Below the pieces are notes generated by a model. It was not told the DNA's origin. It worked only from the letters and a program-made list of their open reading frames with translations, and did not search any database. 64,000 nucleotides of DNA from Nitrosopumilaceae archaeon. Lineage in GTDB: Archaea; Thermoproteota; Nitrososphaeria; Nitrososphaerales; Nitrosopumilaceae. The stretch is from positions 928,263 to 992,262 of the forward strand of contig CBDBCR010000003.1 of assembly GCA_965203465.1 (NCBI GenBank), given 5' to 3'. Position numbers and translations under genes: made by a program. Position 1 is the first letter of the stretch, and each line of letters starts with the position of its first letter. Positions 39,727 through 50,548 of this stretch are shown here, piece by piece.

Positions 39727-41820
39727 GTGAGAGAGATGTTCTTTAACCCCAAAGCGAGGTTGCTGCTTCAGCTTGGGGACGAACTTATAAGAAACGAGAG
39801 TATAGCACTGCTAGAACTGGTAAAAAACGCGTATGATGCAGATGCCACCAGCGTCTCGCTCGTTATGAATGATGTGGACTCAAACAACGGCACCATAATC
39901 GTGGAAGATAATGGGGCGGGGATGGATATGCAAACAGTCGCACATGCTTGGATGGAACCGGGTAGCGATTACAAGGCAGATCCAGCGAGAAGAACTACAA
40001 AGAAATTCGGCAGAACCGTGCTAGGAGAAAAGGGCGTCGGACGGTTTGCCGTTCATAAAATTGGAGATCTGGTAGAACTGACTACAAGACGATCTGGAAA
40101 GAAAGAAATACATATAAAAATAGATTGGAATATGTTTAAAAACTCGAAACATCTAAAAGATATTCCTGTAAATATCGAGGAGAGAAGACCCATAGAATTT
40201 ACAGGCAATAGGACTGGAACCAGAATGGTGATCCAGAGTCTCCGAACGCAGTGGACCCGAGCTATGTTAAGGGAGGTTTACCGGTCGTACGTATCATTGC
40301 AATCCCCATATGATTCTATAGATGCGTTCGAGACTAAATTTATCACAAACAAGAGAAAATGGTTAGACGGCATGGTGTCGTGGAGTGACATAAAGGATTT
40401 GGCCCTCTTTAGGTTTGCATGTGAGATCCAAGGGAGTCGTATTGAAAAATTCGAATACGAATTCACACCATGGAAAACTATGGACAAGCTGAGTCGGCGA
40501 AAGGCAACGGGAAAGGGAAAGTTTGGGAAGACCATGGAGATGAAAGATCGACAGAACAACACGATCGATCTGGCCAAATACAAGATTGGCAGAATACGTT
40601 TTGTTGGGAGCATATTCGATCTAGATCCCAAAATGCTCAGCCTAGGTCTGCAAGACAGACCGGGGATGGGGGAGCGACGCGGAATCAAAGAATACCTCAG
40701 CAGGAACGGCGGAATTCGGGTGTTCCGAAACGGGCTACGGGTATACGACTATGGGGAACCAGGGAACGACTGGCTAGATCTAGACATGCGGCGCGTAAAC
40801 ATGCCCACAACACGGATCAGCAACAACCTAGTAGTAGCCGCAGTAACGCTCGATAGAAAAACGAGCGGAGATCTAATAGAGAAAACCAACAGAGAGGGAT
40901 TTATTGAAAATAAAGCATATGGCGTGTTTGTACAAGCAGTGCTCTATGCAATTGGCAGGATAGAAGCTCAACGAGCACAGGACAAGGGAAAAATCAGGAC
41001 ATACTATGGTCCTACACCTAAAAGCGAGCCAGTGTTGGCCAACATAGCGCACGTCAAAGAACTCATACAAAAGATCGCCGACAAAGGACTGAAAGAAAAT
41101 CTGTGTATGTACATGGGCCGCATTGAACGAGACTACAGAACAATACACTCTACGCTTCTGCAAAGTGCCGGAGCCGGACTTAGCCTGAGTGTTGCAGTGC
41201 ATGAGATAGACAAGGTTATACGTGAATTGACCAAGGTGCTGGCGAATGAGCATCCATCAGAAAGAATCTCAGCGTTGGTAAAACACTTGGACCGGCTTGT
41301 AGAGGGATACTCCATCACGGTTCAAAAAAATGCGCAACGGACATGGTCTGCATATGAGATTATAAACCACGCACTTTTCAACTTTGATTTTCGGTTCCGT
41401 GCACATAAAATAAGCGCGGTCTTTGAAAACCAAGACGTAGCAAAGAATATACAAATAAAGTGCTCACGCAGCCATATAGTCAGCTCCATGATGAACATTC
41501 TAGATAATTCCATATGGTGGCTCGAATATGGGAAACCGAGATCCAAGAAAATCTTCATAACAGTACACAAAAATTCCGTTACAACAACTATACTGTTTGC
41601 GGATAATGGGGCAGGCTTTTCGCTGCCGAGTGACATGCTTACGGAGCCAGGCGTTACAACCAAACCCGATGGCATGGGGCTTGGTCTCCATATCGCGAAT
41701 GAGGTTATGAAAGCTCACAACGGACATCTATCCTTCCCGGAATCTGTCGACTATGTAATTCCAAAAGAATTTCACAAAGGAGCGATGGTAGCGCTTGTCT
41801 TTGGGAGCGTTCAGAAATGA
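39727..41820 (+). CDS. MORC/MutL-like GHKL ATPase fused to a C-terminal histidine kinase
   Basis: ELVKNAYDA, DNGAGM, GEKGVGRFA; second module HEID, NILDNS, DNGAGF, GMGLGL; low GC. Confidence 0.9.
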   Translation: MREMFFNPKARLLLQLGDELIRNESIALLELVKNAYDADATSVSLVMNDVDSNNGTIIVEDNGAGMDMQTVAHAWMEPGSDYKADPARRTTKKFGRTVLGEKGVGRFAVHKIGDLVELTTRRSGKKEIHIKIDWNMFKNSKHLKDIPVNIEERRPIEFTGNRTGTRMVIQSLRTQWTRAMLREVYRSYVSLQSPYDSIDAFETKFITNKRKWLDGMVSWSDIKDLALFRFACEIQGSRIEKFEYEFTPWKTMDKLSRRKATGKGKFGKTMEMKDRQNNTIDLAKYKIGRIRFVGSIFDLDPKMLSLGLQDRPGMGERRGIKEYLSRNGGIRVFRNGLRVYDYGEPGNDWLDLDMRRVNMPTTRISNNLVVAAVTLDRKTSGDLIEKTNREGFIENKAYGVFVQAVLYAIGRIEAQRAQDKGKIRTYYGPTPKSEPVLANIAHVKELIQKIADKGLKENLCMYMGRIERDYRTIHSTLLQSAGAGLSLSVAVHEIDKVIRELTKVLANEHPSERISALVKHLDRLVEGYSITVQKNAQRTWSAYEIINHALFNFDFRFRAHKISAVFENQDVAKNIQIKCSRSHIVSSMMNILDNSIWWLEYGKPRSKKIFITVHKNSVTTTILFADNGAGFSLPSDMLTEPGVTTKPDGMGLGLHIANEVMKAHNGHLSFPESVDYVIPKEFHKGAMVALVFGSVQK

Positions 41821-43058
41821 TTCTACCAGAAAACGGTAGGATTGTAGTTATCGACGACAAGGACGAGGAAGGAAAACCACTGGTCAATGCCCTAACGCAG
41901 GCCGGTCATCTCGCCACCTTTTTTACACCAGAACCCGAACATCTACCAGAAAACCCACTCACTGGAATACGGGTTGTTTTTCTTGATCTAAAGCTGCAAA
42001 CAGAATATCAACCTACGTCAACCATGATATCTACAATACTGAATGTGATGGATAAAATAGTACACAAGCAAGATAACGGGCCATTCTTTCTAGTGTCTTG
42101 GACAAATCGACCTGAAGAAGCCGAAAAAGTTGAAAATGCCTTACGGAGGCACGGGTTTATGATAGTAACAGCTAGGATGGAAAAGCAGAACTGTAAAAAA
42201 AACGGGAAAATGAGCATGTCTCTAATCAGGAATGGGATTGACGCTGCACTTACGGATGGAGCTGTGTTGCAAATGTTTACGTTGTGGGAAAACTGCGTAC
42301 ACCGAGCGGCTGGAAAGATCGTAAGACGGTTTTCGTCGTTGTGCAAACCAGACGACCAATGGAACGAACGGATGGAGTTGGTGATTGCAAAGCTTGCAAA
42401 AAGCGTACTTGGAAAACATTTTAAACCAGAACAAACAAAAGAAGCTGTTGAAAGCTCCATGTACTCGCTTAATGCAGCCCTTATAGATGCAATACGGCAA
42501 GAAACGCGCAACTCATCAGAGTCGTCGGGGATCAACATGTGTTTGCCAAACCCATCAGATAAAAAACCGGCAAGCTTGATGGACGGAGAGATCAACCACA
42601 TGCTTCTGCTAAAAACCGTCACTGGACAATCCCCAATGCCGGGCAACATATACAAGAATATGCTAGAACATGTCAATCTTGAGAAGTTGGTCAATAACCC
42701 GCCCAATCTTCCTAAAATCTTAGATAGAGTGGAGCACATTATGCTAGAGGTGACTCCCGTCTGCGATTTTGCTGAACAAAAATTACTCAGGAACAGAATA
42801 CTACCAGGAGTAATATTTCCAAACGAGTACTATGATAAGCTTAAGGGAAGGGCGGAGTTTTTAACAATCTCGCCCGTCCTTGCGAATCAAGACTATGGCC
42901 TTTTTAACCTTGTGTTTGATTTTAGGTTATTTACATCGATTGACATGAAGGAAATGTCTAGATATAAACCCATGTTTGCAATCCAAAATGATCTTCTAGC
43001 TGATATCCAAACAAAACTAGCAAAACATGTCAGTAGGCTAGGCGTTTCCAGCGTCTAA
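41817..43058 (+). CDS. Receiver-domain protein with uncharacterised C-terminal domain
   Basis: IVVIDD, VFLDL, VSWT, K; C-terminal EVTPVCDFA; ATGA overlap with the kinase. Confidence 0.8.
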   Translation: MILPENGRIVVIDDKDEEGKPLVNALTQAGHLATFFTPEPEHLPENPLTGIRVVFLDLKLQTEYQPTSTMISTILNVMDKIVHKQDNGPFFLVSWTNRPEEAEKVENALRRHGFMIVTARMEKQNCKKNGKMSMSLIRNGIDAALTDGAVLQMFTLWENCVHRAAGKIVRRFSSLCKPDDQWNERMELVIAKLAKSVLGKHFKPEQTKEAVESSMYSLNAALIDAIRQETRNSSESSGINMCLPNPSDKKPASLMDGEINHMLLLKTVTGQSPMPGNIYKNMLEHVNLEKLVNNPPNLPKILDRVEHIMLEVTPVCDFAEQKLLRNRILPGVIFPNEYYDKLKGRAEFLTISPVLANQDYGLFNLVFDFRLFTSIDMKEMSRYKPMFAIQNDLLADIQTKLAKHVSRLGVSSV

Positions 43059-43120
43059 CAAGTAGCGCTGGACAAAAGTTCGCCGTCAAAACTAAGCATG
43101 TTTTAGGGCGTCAACTCATG

Positions 43121-44210
43121 TATAGCTGCATCAAAAAATTTTCGCAATCGGTTTTGCCAGGAGGGTCCCTGCGATGTCCCTGGAAAATCGGTAGCTGCCC
43201 ATGAAGTTTTTGACCTCGGCAATCCTCTCGTCCAGCGTATCGTAACGCTTGTAGATGAACGGCCGGGATTTTAGCACGCTCCACCCCCGTTCCATGATGT
43301 TCAATTCGGGCCAGCCCGTCGGAAAGTACTGGACGCGCAGCCTGTGCGGGTTGTCTTCGATCAGATCTTGGACGGCGCGCGACCTGTGGACGGGAGCCTT
43401 GTCCATGACGAGCCCGATCTTGCGGCGCCTCATCAAGAGCTTCAGATACTCCACCGCTTCCGCAGTCTTGAACTGGGTTGTGACCTGCCACACCGTCGGC
43501 CCGTCCGGCGAGACCCCCGCGGATACCATGACGCGGCGGTGCTGTCCGTAGTACGGCATGTAGACCCTTTCTCCCTCCGGAGACCACGGGCCGCGCTTGT
43601 TGTCGTAGTCGAGCTGCATGGTTGTCTGGTCGATGGCATAAAGCCAGAAACCGTCCCTTTCCAGGCACGAAATCCAGCGCACCATCATTCTTTGCCACTT
43701 TAGTACGTCCTCGACCGAGTCGTGTCTATGGTACGACGGCACCGGGGTTTTGCGCGTATAGCCCATGCCGTGCAGGTGACGCCTTACCTTGGCCGCATTG
43801 CATTCGACTCCGGTTTCCGCCGCCACCTCATCTGCGATGAGGGACGGAAACACGAGATCGGCTTTTTTGATGAACTTGTCGAGCGTCTGGTTCTTTATCT
43901 TGAGCGGCCTGCCGGAGCGCGGCTTGTCGTCGAGGCCGTCCGGGCCGTACCTTAGGAACCGGGCGCGCCACGCCTTGATCGTGTTGTACGCCTTGCACAA
44001 GAACTCGGCGACTTCCGTGATCGTCTTTCCTTGGACCAGGATGTGCAGCATGGCGAGAAGCTTTTCCTTCTTTTTCGCGTTGAGTTCATGCTTGTAGAGT
44101 TGTGTGAGCTCCGCCTCCGACACCTTCATGTGCACCCCCCCGGGGCGGGTCTATAAGAATGCTTCTAAGCGCTTTGATAGATTTTGCAGAAACTTTTTGG
44201 TGCAGCTATA
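43121..44210 (-). mobile_element. IS630-family element with TA duplication
   Basis: TATAGCTGCATCAAAAAATTTTCGCAA vs TATAGCTGCACCAAAAAGTTTCTGCAA (23/27, TA included). Confidence 0.9.
43131..44129 (-). CDS. IS630 transposase, uninterrupted
   Basis: HTH, PRSGRP, AIDQ / VMDKAPVH / PELNIME DDE. Confidence 0.92.
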   Translation of the reverse strand: MKVSEAELTQLYKHELNAKKKEKLLAMLHILVQGKTITEVAEFLCKAYNTIKAWRARFLRYGPDGLDDKPRSGRPLKIKNQTLDKFIKKADLVFPSLIADEVAAETGVECNAAKVRRHLHGMGYTRKTPVPSYHRHDSVEDVLKWQRMMVRWISCLERDGFWLYAIDQTTMQLDYDNKRGPWSPEGERVYMPYYGQHRRVMVSAGVSPDGPTVWQVTTQFKTAEAVEYLKLLMRRRKIGLVMDKAPVHRSRAVQDLIEDNPHRLRVQYFPTGWPELNIMERGWSVLKSRPFIYKRYDTLDERIAEVKNFMGSYRFSRDIAGTLLAKPIAKIF

Positions 44211-44319
44211 GTACACATTATAAAAACACCCCGGCCAGAGGTAAAATGAGATCTCCTAGCCACACGCACGTAAGCTTCGCCCAAACCGAGGCTTATAACC
44301 AAATTCCGACAATGCCGCC

Positions 44320-44937
44320 ATGGATGACACCGGCATCCACGGAGTGGACTAGATCGTGCAGAAGTCGATGGCGAAGATCCCGAAGGAAGATCCCGACATG
44401 CTTACGCCAGAAACCGTGCCGAACCTGCTCTTGGACGCGGTAGAGGCCATCGGCGGGGTCAGAGAACTGGGGAAGATCTTCGAGCAGTCCAGAGCATCCC
44501 GGGCGGACAAGACCCTCGATAAGATCGTGCAGGATCTGCTGACGCTAGCTGGAATACCCAGCGAGGCGGTGACCCGTGGCGACAAAAAGTACAATCTAGA
44601 CAGGATCAGCTTGGTGATGCCGGACAGGCAGACGGCCGTCGACAACCCCAAGGCACATTTCCTCTCGCTCAAGACTTCGCTGAGTGGGCACTGGAAGCAG
44701 GCGGTCGAAGAACGTCAGCTTGGGCAGAAGACCCACATGATCACCGTCCTTCAGGGAAAGACGTTGGGCAACAACGTGGCGTGGGGGATCGTCAAGCACG
44801 GGATATTCCTGTACCTGCTGGACATGGTAGAGACTGCTTCCCGGACTAGCCGCGGATCAGAAAGCTGTTGGATCTGCCCTTCGCCGTGGACAAATACATT
44901 GACCCGGGCAGAGCGCCGGCTCGATAGTCTCGAATGA
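44320..44937 (+). pseudogene. EcoRII-like endonuclease pseudogene, paralogue of 3443-4192
   Basis: TAG at codon 11, internal deletions, RER replaced by SGH, 3' frameshift; upstream promoter region also homologous to ~3385-3443. Confidence 0.8.
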
Positions 44938-45965
44938 ATGCGGCCGCCCAGCACGCCCGATCGAAGGCGGGCGGGCGTGGTTTCAGGTTCGTAGACCTGT
45001 TCGCGGGGATAGGTGGCATTAGGATGGCCTTCGAGCGGGCGGGTGGGCGCTGCGTCTACAGCTCCGAATGGAACAAGTTCTCGGCCGACACATACGAGGC
45101 CAACTTCGGCGAGCGGCCGGCCGGGGACATAACCGAGATCCCAGCCTCCGAGATCCCCGACCACGATGTTCTGGTGGCCGGCTTTCCCTGCCAGCCGTTC
45201 TCGATAGCCGGCGTCTCCAAGAAGCGCAGCCTCAACATGCCGGACGGGTTCGAGGATCCCACCCAAGGGACGCTGTTCTTCGATGTGGCGAGGATCATAA
45301 GGGAAAAGAGGCCTAGGGCGTTTCTTCTGGAGAACGTCAAGAACCTGCCCTCGCACGACGGGGGTAGGACGTTCGGGGTCATAACGGAAACCCTCGAGGG
45401 ACTCAGGTACAGCATACACCACAAGGTGATCGACGCCCAGGCGGTGGTTCCCCAGCACCGAGAGCGCATATTCATAGTGGGGTTCGACGGGCCCGCCGAC
45501 TTCCAGTTCCCCGACCTTCCGGATCTCAAGCCCCGATTCGGCAGCGTGCTGAACAGGCGAGTTCCCGCCAAGTACACACTTAGCGACAACCTGTGGAGGA
45601 CTCTCAAGAGGCACGCGGAGAACAGCAGAAAGAAGGGCAACGGGTTCGGCTACGGCATAGCCGACCGGCGTGGCGTGGCCCGCACCCTGAGCGCTAGGTA
45701 CTACAAGGACGGCGCCGAGGTGCTGGTGGAGCAGCGCGGCAAGAACCCTAGGAGGCTGACGCCGCGCGAGTGCGCCCGGCTGATGGGGTTCCCAGACAGC
45801 TTCGAGATACCGGTGTCCGACGCGCAGGCGTACAGGCAGTTCGGCAACGCCGTGGTACCGCCCGTGGTCGAGGCGGTCGCACGGGCCATGATCCCCTACA
45901 TCCGGATGCGCCCGATAGCCCAGAAGGTGCCCAGAAGAAAGGGCGTGCGCGCGCCCCGACGCTGA
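44934..45965 (+). CDS. dcm: Dcm/M.EcoRII-like C5-cytosine methyltransferase (likely CCWGG-type)
   Basis: AGFPCQPFSIAGVSKK, QGTLFFD, KGNGFGYG, RTLSARYYKDG, PRRLTPRECARLMGF. Confidence 0.92.
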   Translation: MNAAAQHARSKAGGRGFRFVDLFAGIGGIRMAFERAGGRCVYSSEWNKFSADTYEANFGERPAGDITEIPASEIPDHDVLVAGFPCQPFSIAGVSKKRSLNMPDGFEDPTQGTLFFDVARIIREKRPRAFLLENVKNLPSHDGGRTFGVITETLEGLRYSIHHKVIDAQAVVPQHRERIFIVGFDGPADFQFPDLPDLKPRFGSVLNRRVPAKYTLSDNLWRTLKRHAENSRKKGNGFGYGIADRRGVARTLSARYYKDGAEVLVEQRGKNPRRLTPRECARLMGFPDSFEIPVSDAQAYRQFGNAVVPPVVEAVARAMIPYIRMRPIAQKVPRRKGVRAPRR

Positions 45966-45981
45966 GGGCGGGCCGCCGCGC

Positions 45982-48900
45982 CTAAGCGCGGCGCGAGCGT
46001 ATCTTGACGGCTTCCACGTGTGAGCACGTCGGCACGAAGTCGGGGTGCCACTCGGGGTACTTTTTGAACCCTTTGCACTGGCACTTCAGATCCGCCGACA
46101 CGGTGTAAGATTTTCCGGAATCAGACGACGAGGGCACCGTGTGGGAGCCGTCCGGGTTGCGGACGATCGGTTTGTCCGCCAGCTCTTCGGCTTTACGGCG
46201 CACGGACGCGCTGACGTACGACGGGCGCAGCTCGCCCGTCGGCTGCGCGTCGTCCGGCCTCACCGTGTCGTTCTCCCGCTTCTCGGACTTGGCTGTGCTG
46301 AACTCGGTCCCCACCTCGAACCCCTTGTGCGGGCACAGGGCCCTAAAGTCGCATCCCCGGCATTTCGCATCCTCTGGCGTCGGATCGAACGATCTGCGCC
46401 GGATCATGTCCACCTTCTCGGCTATCGTTTTCTTGGTGGCATCCAGCGCCGCGCCGCTGATGTCCACCGGCTCCCTCGCCTGCGTGTCCAAGTGGTGTAT
46501 CGTGGCTACCGCCGGCCTGCTTCCTAGCGACTCCTGCACGGCGTACGCGTAGAACCGCACCTGCTCCGAGTGGTCCAGCTCGTACCTCCCGTCGTCCCCC
46601 CTCCTGTCGGACTTGAAGTCTATGATCTCGATCCCGCTCGCGCCGTCGTCGCCCACCCTCTTGAGCAGGTCTATGCTGCCCGAGATCAGCGCCCCGCCGA
46701 CTGTGAATTCGAACCTCTTTTCCGTCTCCAATATGCGTTCAAAGTCGCCCCCGTGCAGGCGCATGTAGTTGAGGACCACTTTGATCCCGGCCTCCTTCAT
46801 GTTCTCGCTCACGGCGCCTGGCGCGAACCGGAGGTAGAACATGCGGTCGAACACCTTCCGTATATACGCCTCGTCGGGCACGGCGCCGTTCTGCGCGAAG
46901 CCGGCGTGCAGGTAGTTGAGTATGTTGTGTATGTTGGTGCCGTATCCGAACGCGGCAGGCACCCCGGCGCTGAACCCCATGACGTGCCTGAGGCGGTAGT
47001 CGTGCGGGCACCGGTCGTACATGGAGAGCTCGCTGTACGACGACTGGATCAGATCGGCGCGGGCGGTGCCGGCTCCGCCCTCCGTCTTCGGCCTGTCGAT
47101 CGGGGCGGCCGGCGAGAACTCCGCCCCGTCCATTTCGTCCAAGAACGGGCTGGGTTTCCGGCTTTTCTTCGGAAGCGGCTGGCTCACGCGGATCTCCCGC
47201 TTCTCGGCGCTGGTGAGAAACAGGTACTTTTGAGAGCGCGTCACGGCCGTATAGTACGCGCGCCGATCGTCCTCGTCGCCGCCGTCGTACCTGGCCTTGT
47301 CGTACAGCCCGTCGTCTATGAAGACTTGGCTGGGGTTCGGCCTCCGCCTCTTGTCAAACGAAGGCACGAACACGGCCGGAAACTCCAGTCCTTTGGCCTT
47401 CCAGATGGTCAGGACCCGGACTGCGTCCACTTGGCCCGGATCGCCGCGGGCAGGATCCGCGTACTCGTTCTCTGCAAACTGAGAGATGAACCACTGCAGG
47501 CCACCCACCTGCCTGGCCCGCAGGGAGCGGTACACGTACTCATAGTCGGATATGGCGGCGCTGAGCACGGCCAGATTGTACATGTCCGCCTCCGACAGGC
47601 AACCCCGCTCCGCCCCCATGGTGTTGACTATCCGGTGGTAGAACTCTTGCAGTCCGAGGTTCGGAAGCCAGTCCCTGGGCTTCTTGGCTAGCACGGCCCC
47701 CGCTCTGGCTTTGACCGCCTCCAGTCCCTCAGAGAACGCCCGTGCGTCGCCGGACGGCACGGCTTCGTCGTACCGGCCCTCGAGTTCGGCGGGATCCGGC
47801 ACGCCGTCCGTCTGATACCCGTCCCGTTCGAAAGCGTACATTAAGCAGTCCAGCGCAAGCGACACCACGGGCCGTTCGAACACGCTGGTTCCGCTGTCCG
47901 CGACGCACGGTACGCCCCGCCCGGACATGTGCCGCATTATCCTGGCCGCGTCTTCGTTGGTGCGCACTATCACCGCCATGTCACGGTACGAGAGCGGGCG
48001 AACGGCCCCCTTTTCTTCGAACCCGGTTCCGCGCAGGCAGTCCATCGTGTCGCAGACGTAGTCGAATTCCTCGGTGTCCGTGGCGAAGTGGTGGCGCACG
48101 ATGTCGCCTGATTCGAACCCGCCCTTGTGCTCGTATGCGCGCATGTTCTTGGGGATCCGGTTCGCGTTGCGCGCGGCCAGTCTGCTGGCCACCCTGACCA
48201 ACGCGTCGGTGGCGCGATAGTTCACGCCCAGGTTCTCCGTAGTGACGGAGCGTCGATCGTGCCGATCCGAAAAGTCGCGTATGTGCGATATGTCGCTCCC
48301 GCGCCACTGGAATATGTTCTGGTCGTCGTCGCCCACCACGCACACCGAATCTGCCCCGCGCGACAGAAATTCCAGCAGGGTCTCCTGCAGCTTGTTCACG
48401 TCTTGGTATTCGTCGAAGACTACGTGTTTTACCTCCCTGCCGACCTGGGCCAGCGCGTCCGGATCCCGCTCTAGCACGTCCAGCAGAGTTGCGATTATAG
48501 AGATGAAATCGAAGAACTTTTCTTCCCGCAGCTTCTTCGCGTACGCTTCGTAGCACGAGACGAACGCGTCGTTGGAGATGCGCGACATGTCCACCCCTTC
48601 GGTCACTGCCCTGTCGACGCTCCTGCAGAACTTCGCCATCGTTCTCCACTTGCCAAGATCGGCCAAGTCGGCCAGTCCCAGCACGTTGTACCACCTGTCC
48701 ACGAACGCGGCGCGGCGGGCAGAGTCGAGGATCTCGAACGACCGGTACTCCGGCTTTATCTTCTTGAGCATGTACAGGCAGAACGAGTCTATCGTGCCCA
48801 CGTACATGTCGCCCACGTCGCGCCTGCCGCCCCACTCCTCTAGCATCGTTCTGATCCTGGACTTGAGGCCGTCCGCGGCTTTGTTGGTGAACGTGAACGC

Positions 48901-49065
48901 GACTATCGTGGACGGCTCCACGCCCTTCTTGACGAGTTCTGCCACCCTCCTGCTCACGGTCTCGGTTTTGCCCGATCCCGGGCATGCGACTATGCGCAGG
49001 TGGCCTCTGTCGTGATCGATCACCCGCTTTTGGATGTCCGACAGCTCGATTCTTCCGGGGCTCAC
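45982..49065 (-). CDS. UvrD/SF1A helicase fused to a PD-(D/E)xK nuclease and C-terminal SWIM finger
   Basis: CPGSGKT, DEYQD, VGDDDQ, KAKGLEF, YTAVTR; SYS..CP, GSID..IIDFK, C..C.F...C; CQC..CSH. Confidence 0.92.
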   Translation of the reverse strand: MSPGRIELSDIQKRVIDHDRGHLRIVACPGSGKTETVSRRVAELVKKGVEPSTIVAFTFTNKAADGLKSRIRTMLEEWGGRRDVGDMYVGTIDSFCLYMLKKIKPEYRSFEILDSARRAAFVDRWYNVLGLADLADLGKWRTMAKFCRSVDRAVTEGVDMSRISNDAFVSCYEAYAKKLREEKFFDFISIIATLLDVLERDPDALAQVGREVKHVVFDEYQDVNKLQETLLEFLSRGADSVCVVGDDDQNIFQWRGSDISHIRDFSDRHDRRSVTTENLGVNYRATDALVRVASRLAARNANRIPKNMRAYEHKGGFESGDIVRHHFATDTEEFDYVCDTMDCLRGTGFEEKGAVRPLSYRDMAVIVRTNEDAARIMRHMSGRGVPCVADSGTSVFERPVVSLALDCLMYAFERDGYQTDGVPDPAELEGRYDEAVPSGDARAFSEGLEAVKARAGAVLAKKPRDWLPNLGLQEFYHRIVNTMGAERGCLSEADMYNLAVLSAAISDYEYVYRSLRARQVGGLQWFISQFAENEYADPARGDPGQVDAVRVLTIWKAKGLEFPAVFVPSFDKRRRPNPSQVFIDDGLYDKARYDGGDEDDRRAYYTAVTRSQKYLFLTSAEKREIRVSQPLPKKSRKPSPFLDEMDGAEFSPAAPIDRPKTEGGAGTARADLIQSSYSELSMYDRCPHDYRLRHVMGFSAGVPAAFGYGTNIHNILNYLHAGFAQNGAVPDEAYIRKVFDRMFYLRFAPGAVSENMKEAGIKVVLNYMRLHGGDFERILETEKRFEFTVGGALISGSIDLLKRVGDDGASGIEIIDFKSDRRGDDGRYELDHSEQVRFYAYAVQESLGSRPAVATIHHLDTQAREPVDISGAALDATKKTIAEKVDMIRRRSFDPTPEDAKCRGCDFRALCPHKGFEVGTEFSTAKSEKRENDTVRPDDAQPTGELRPSYVSASVRRKAEELADKPIVRNPDGSHTVPSSSDSGKSYTVSADLKCQCKGFKKYPEWHPDFVPTCSHVEAVKIRSRRA

Positions 49066-49757
49066 GCCCTTTGCCCGATCTGCGCTCGATATAAACTAGG
49101 CATGGCAAACCGGTGATTGAATGGCGTTGGGCCGATTTCTGGCAGATAGGCGCAAGGCTGGCTCGGATCGGAGTCGCGCCACCGAGATTGTGGGGATGAT
49201 CGCTTGTTCGTTAACTCGCCCCTAGCGCCTGCGGCTCATAGGCCAAAAATAACCCCCCGGCGGGCGGAAATGTGGTGATGCATGACGAATCTAAAACAAA
49301 TATTAAGGCGTTGCGTAGTACTAGAAACATGTTGGACGTATTGTGCAGTCCTGAACACAAAAAACGGTGCGTCTTCTTGTTGGTGTTCGGGATCGTCAGA
49401 GCCACATTGCCCGCATACGTCTACCAAGATCCGTTGCTAAGTGAATGGGGGGATCTGTAGAAATAGCTTACAGCATGATATCTTCGGCTTCCCTACAATA
49501 GCAGGCCCAAAGCTGTACATGGTAGCCCCGAATTTTTGGCCAAACAGGATGTGGAAACAAGCGGTACGCAAGGGCGGGCGCTGGGTTCCAAACCATTGGT
49601 TAGAATCGGCGGATCTTCTGGAATATTGGCGCCGAATGTACGAATGCTCCAACAAGTTAAGACGCTCCGGCATACGATCGTAAATTCGAATTGGCGCGCT
49701 CTAGCAAGAGAGGATCCCGGCTTATCTTTGTCTCTGCCTACCTTGCTTCCGACGGCT

Positions 49758-50010
49758 ATGTCGTTCCTCCTGGACACGGGCGAGAGGCACATCCGAGACA
49801 GGTACGAAATGTCGGGGTACAAGATGAAGCGTACGGGCCGCGACCACGACTTCAAGGCCACGAAGCAATTGGCTGACGGGCAAAAAGGAAACAAAGTGCG
49901 TGGAGGTAAAGACGGGCGGGGCAAAGCTGTCGCCCCTGCAAAAGCGCAAAAAACGTAGTCTGGACAAAAAGTGCGTGGTAGGGAAGGGAGATCCCATGTT
50001 TTCGTTCGGT
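49758..50010 (+). pseudogene. Small PD-(D/E)xK nuclease-like gene, frameshifted near 49867
   Basis: GE..IR..YEMSGY..RTGRDHDF in one frame continues as NWLTGK..VEVKTGGAKLSPLQK in another. Confidence 0.55.
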
Positions 50011-50160
50011 TTCCCCACCAAGGGCCATTCCAAAAAGTCAGCCGGGTCCGGCCTGTTCGGTTCCCCGCCCAAGGGACACCGATCTAGCGCTCCCAAGTGG
50101 ACAATACGAGCTGGCGATCCAACGCCAGATGTGGGCCTCATCTGCTGACGATTTGTGTGT

Positions 50161-50308
50161 GCCATGGGGCCACGGGCCATGGGGCCACGGGCCATGGGGC
50201 CACGGGCCATGGGGCCACGGGCCATGGGGCCACGGGCCATGGGGCCACGGGCCATGGGGCCACGGGCCATGGGGCCACGGGCCATGGGGCCACGGGCCAT
50301 GGGGCCAC
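50161..50308. repeat. Perfect 15-bp tandem repeat GCCATGGGGCCACGG (9 units + 13 bp)
   Basis: Read directly from the sequence. Confidence 0.97.
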
Positions 50309-50548
50309 ATGCGTGAGCAAATCCCAAGCCAGAGTAGGTGTCGGGCCGGGCGTCAGATGGACAAACTAAGTGCCGCGTACTTTGGTTTCCTGCCGCCGCG
50401 CCCGACTAGAATCTGGAGGCGATCTTGGCCGGATCCGGCCCGGGCGCCGGATCTGCCGGCCGGGGCGGGCCGGCTCCGTCGCGTACGGCCCGGAGGCACG
50501 AATTCGTGGGCGTGCTGGGGCCTTAAGTGGTACCCGCGCTCCCTCGCC

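Noticed and set aside
50161-50308. 15-bp repeat as a CRISPR array or as real GPWGH/MARGP/HGATG repeat proteins
   Set aside because: There are no spacers, and the frames are open only because the 15-bp unit has no stop codon
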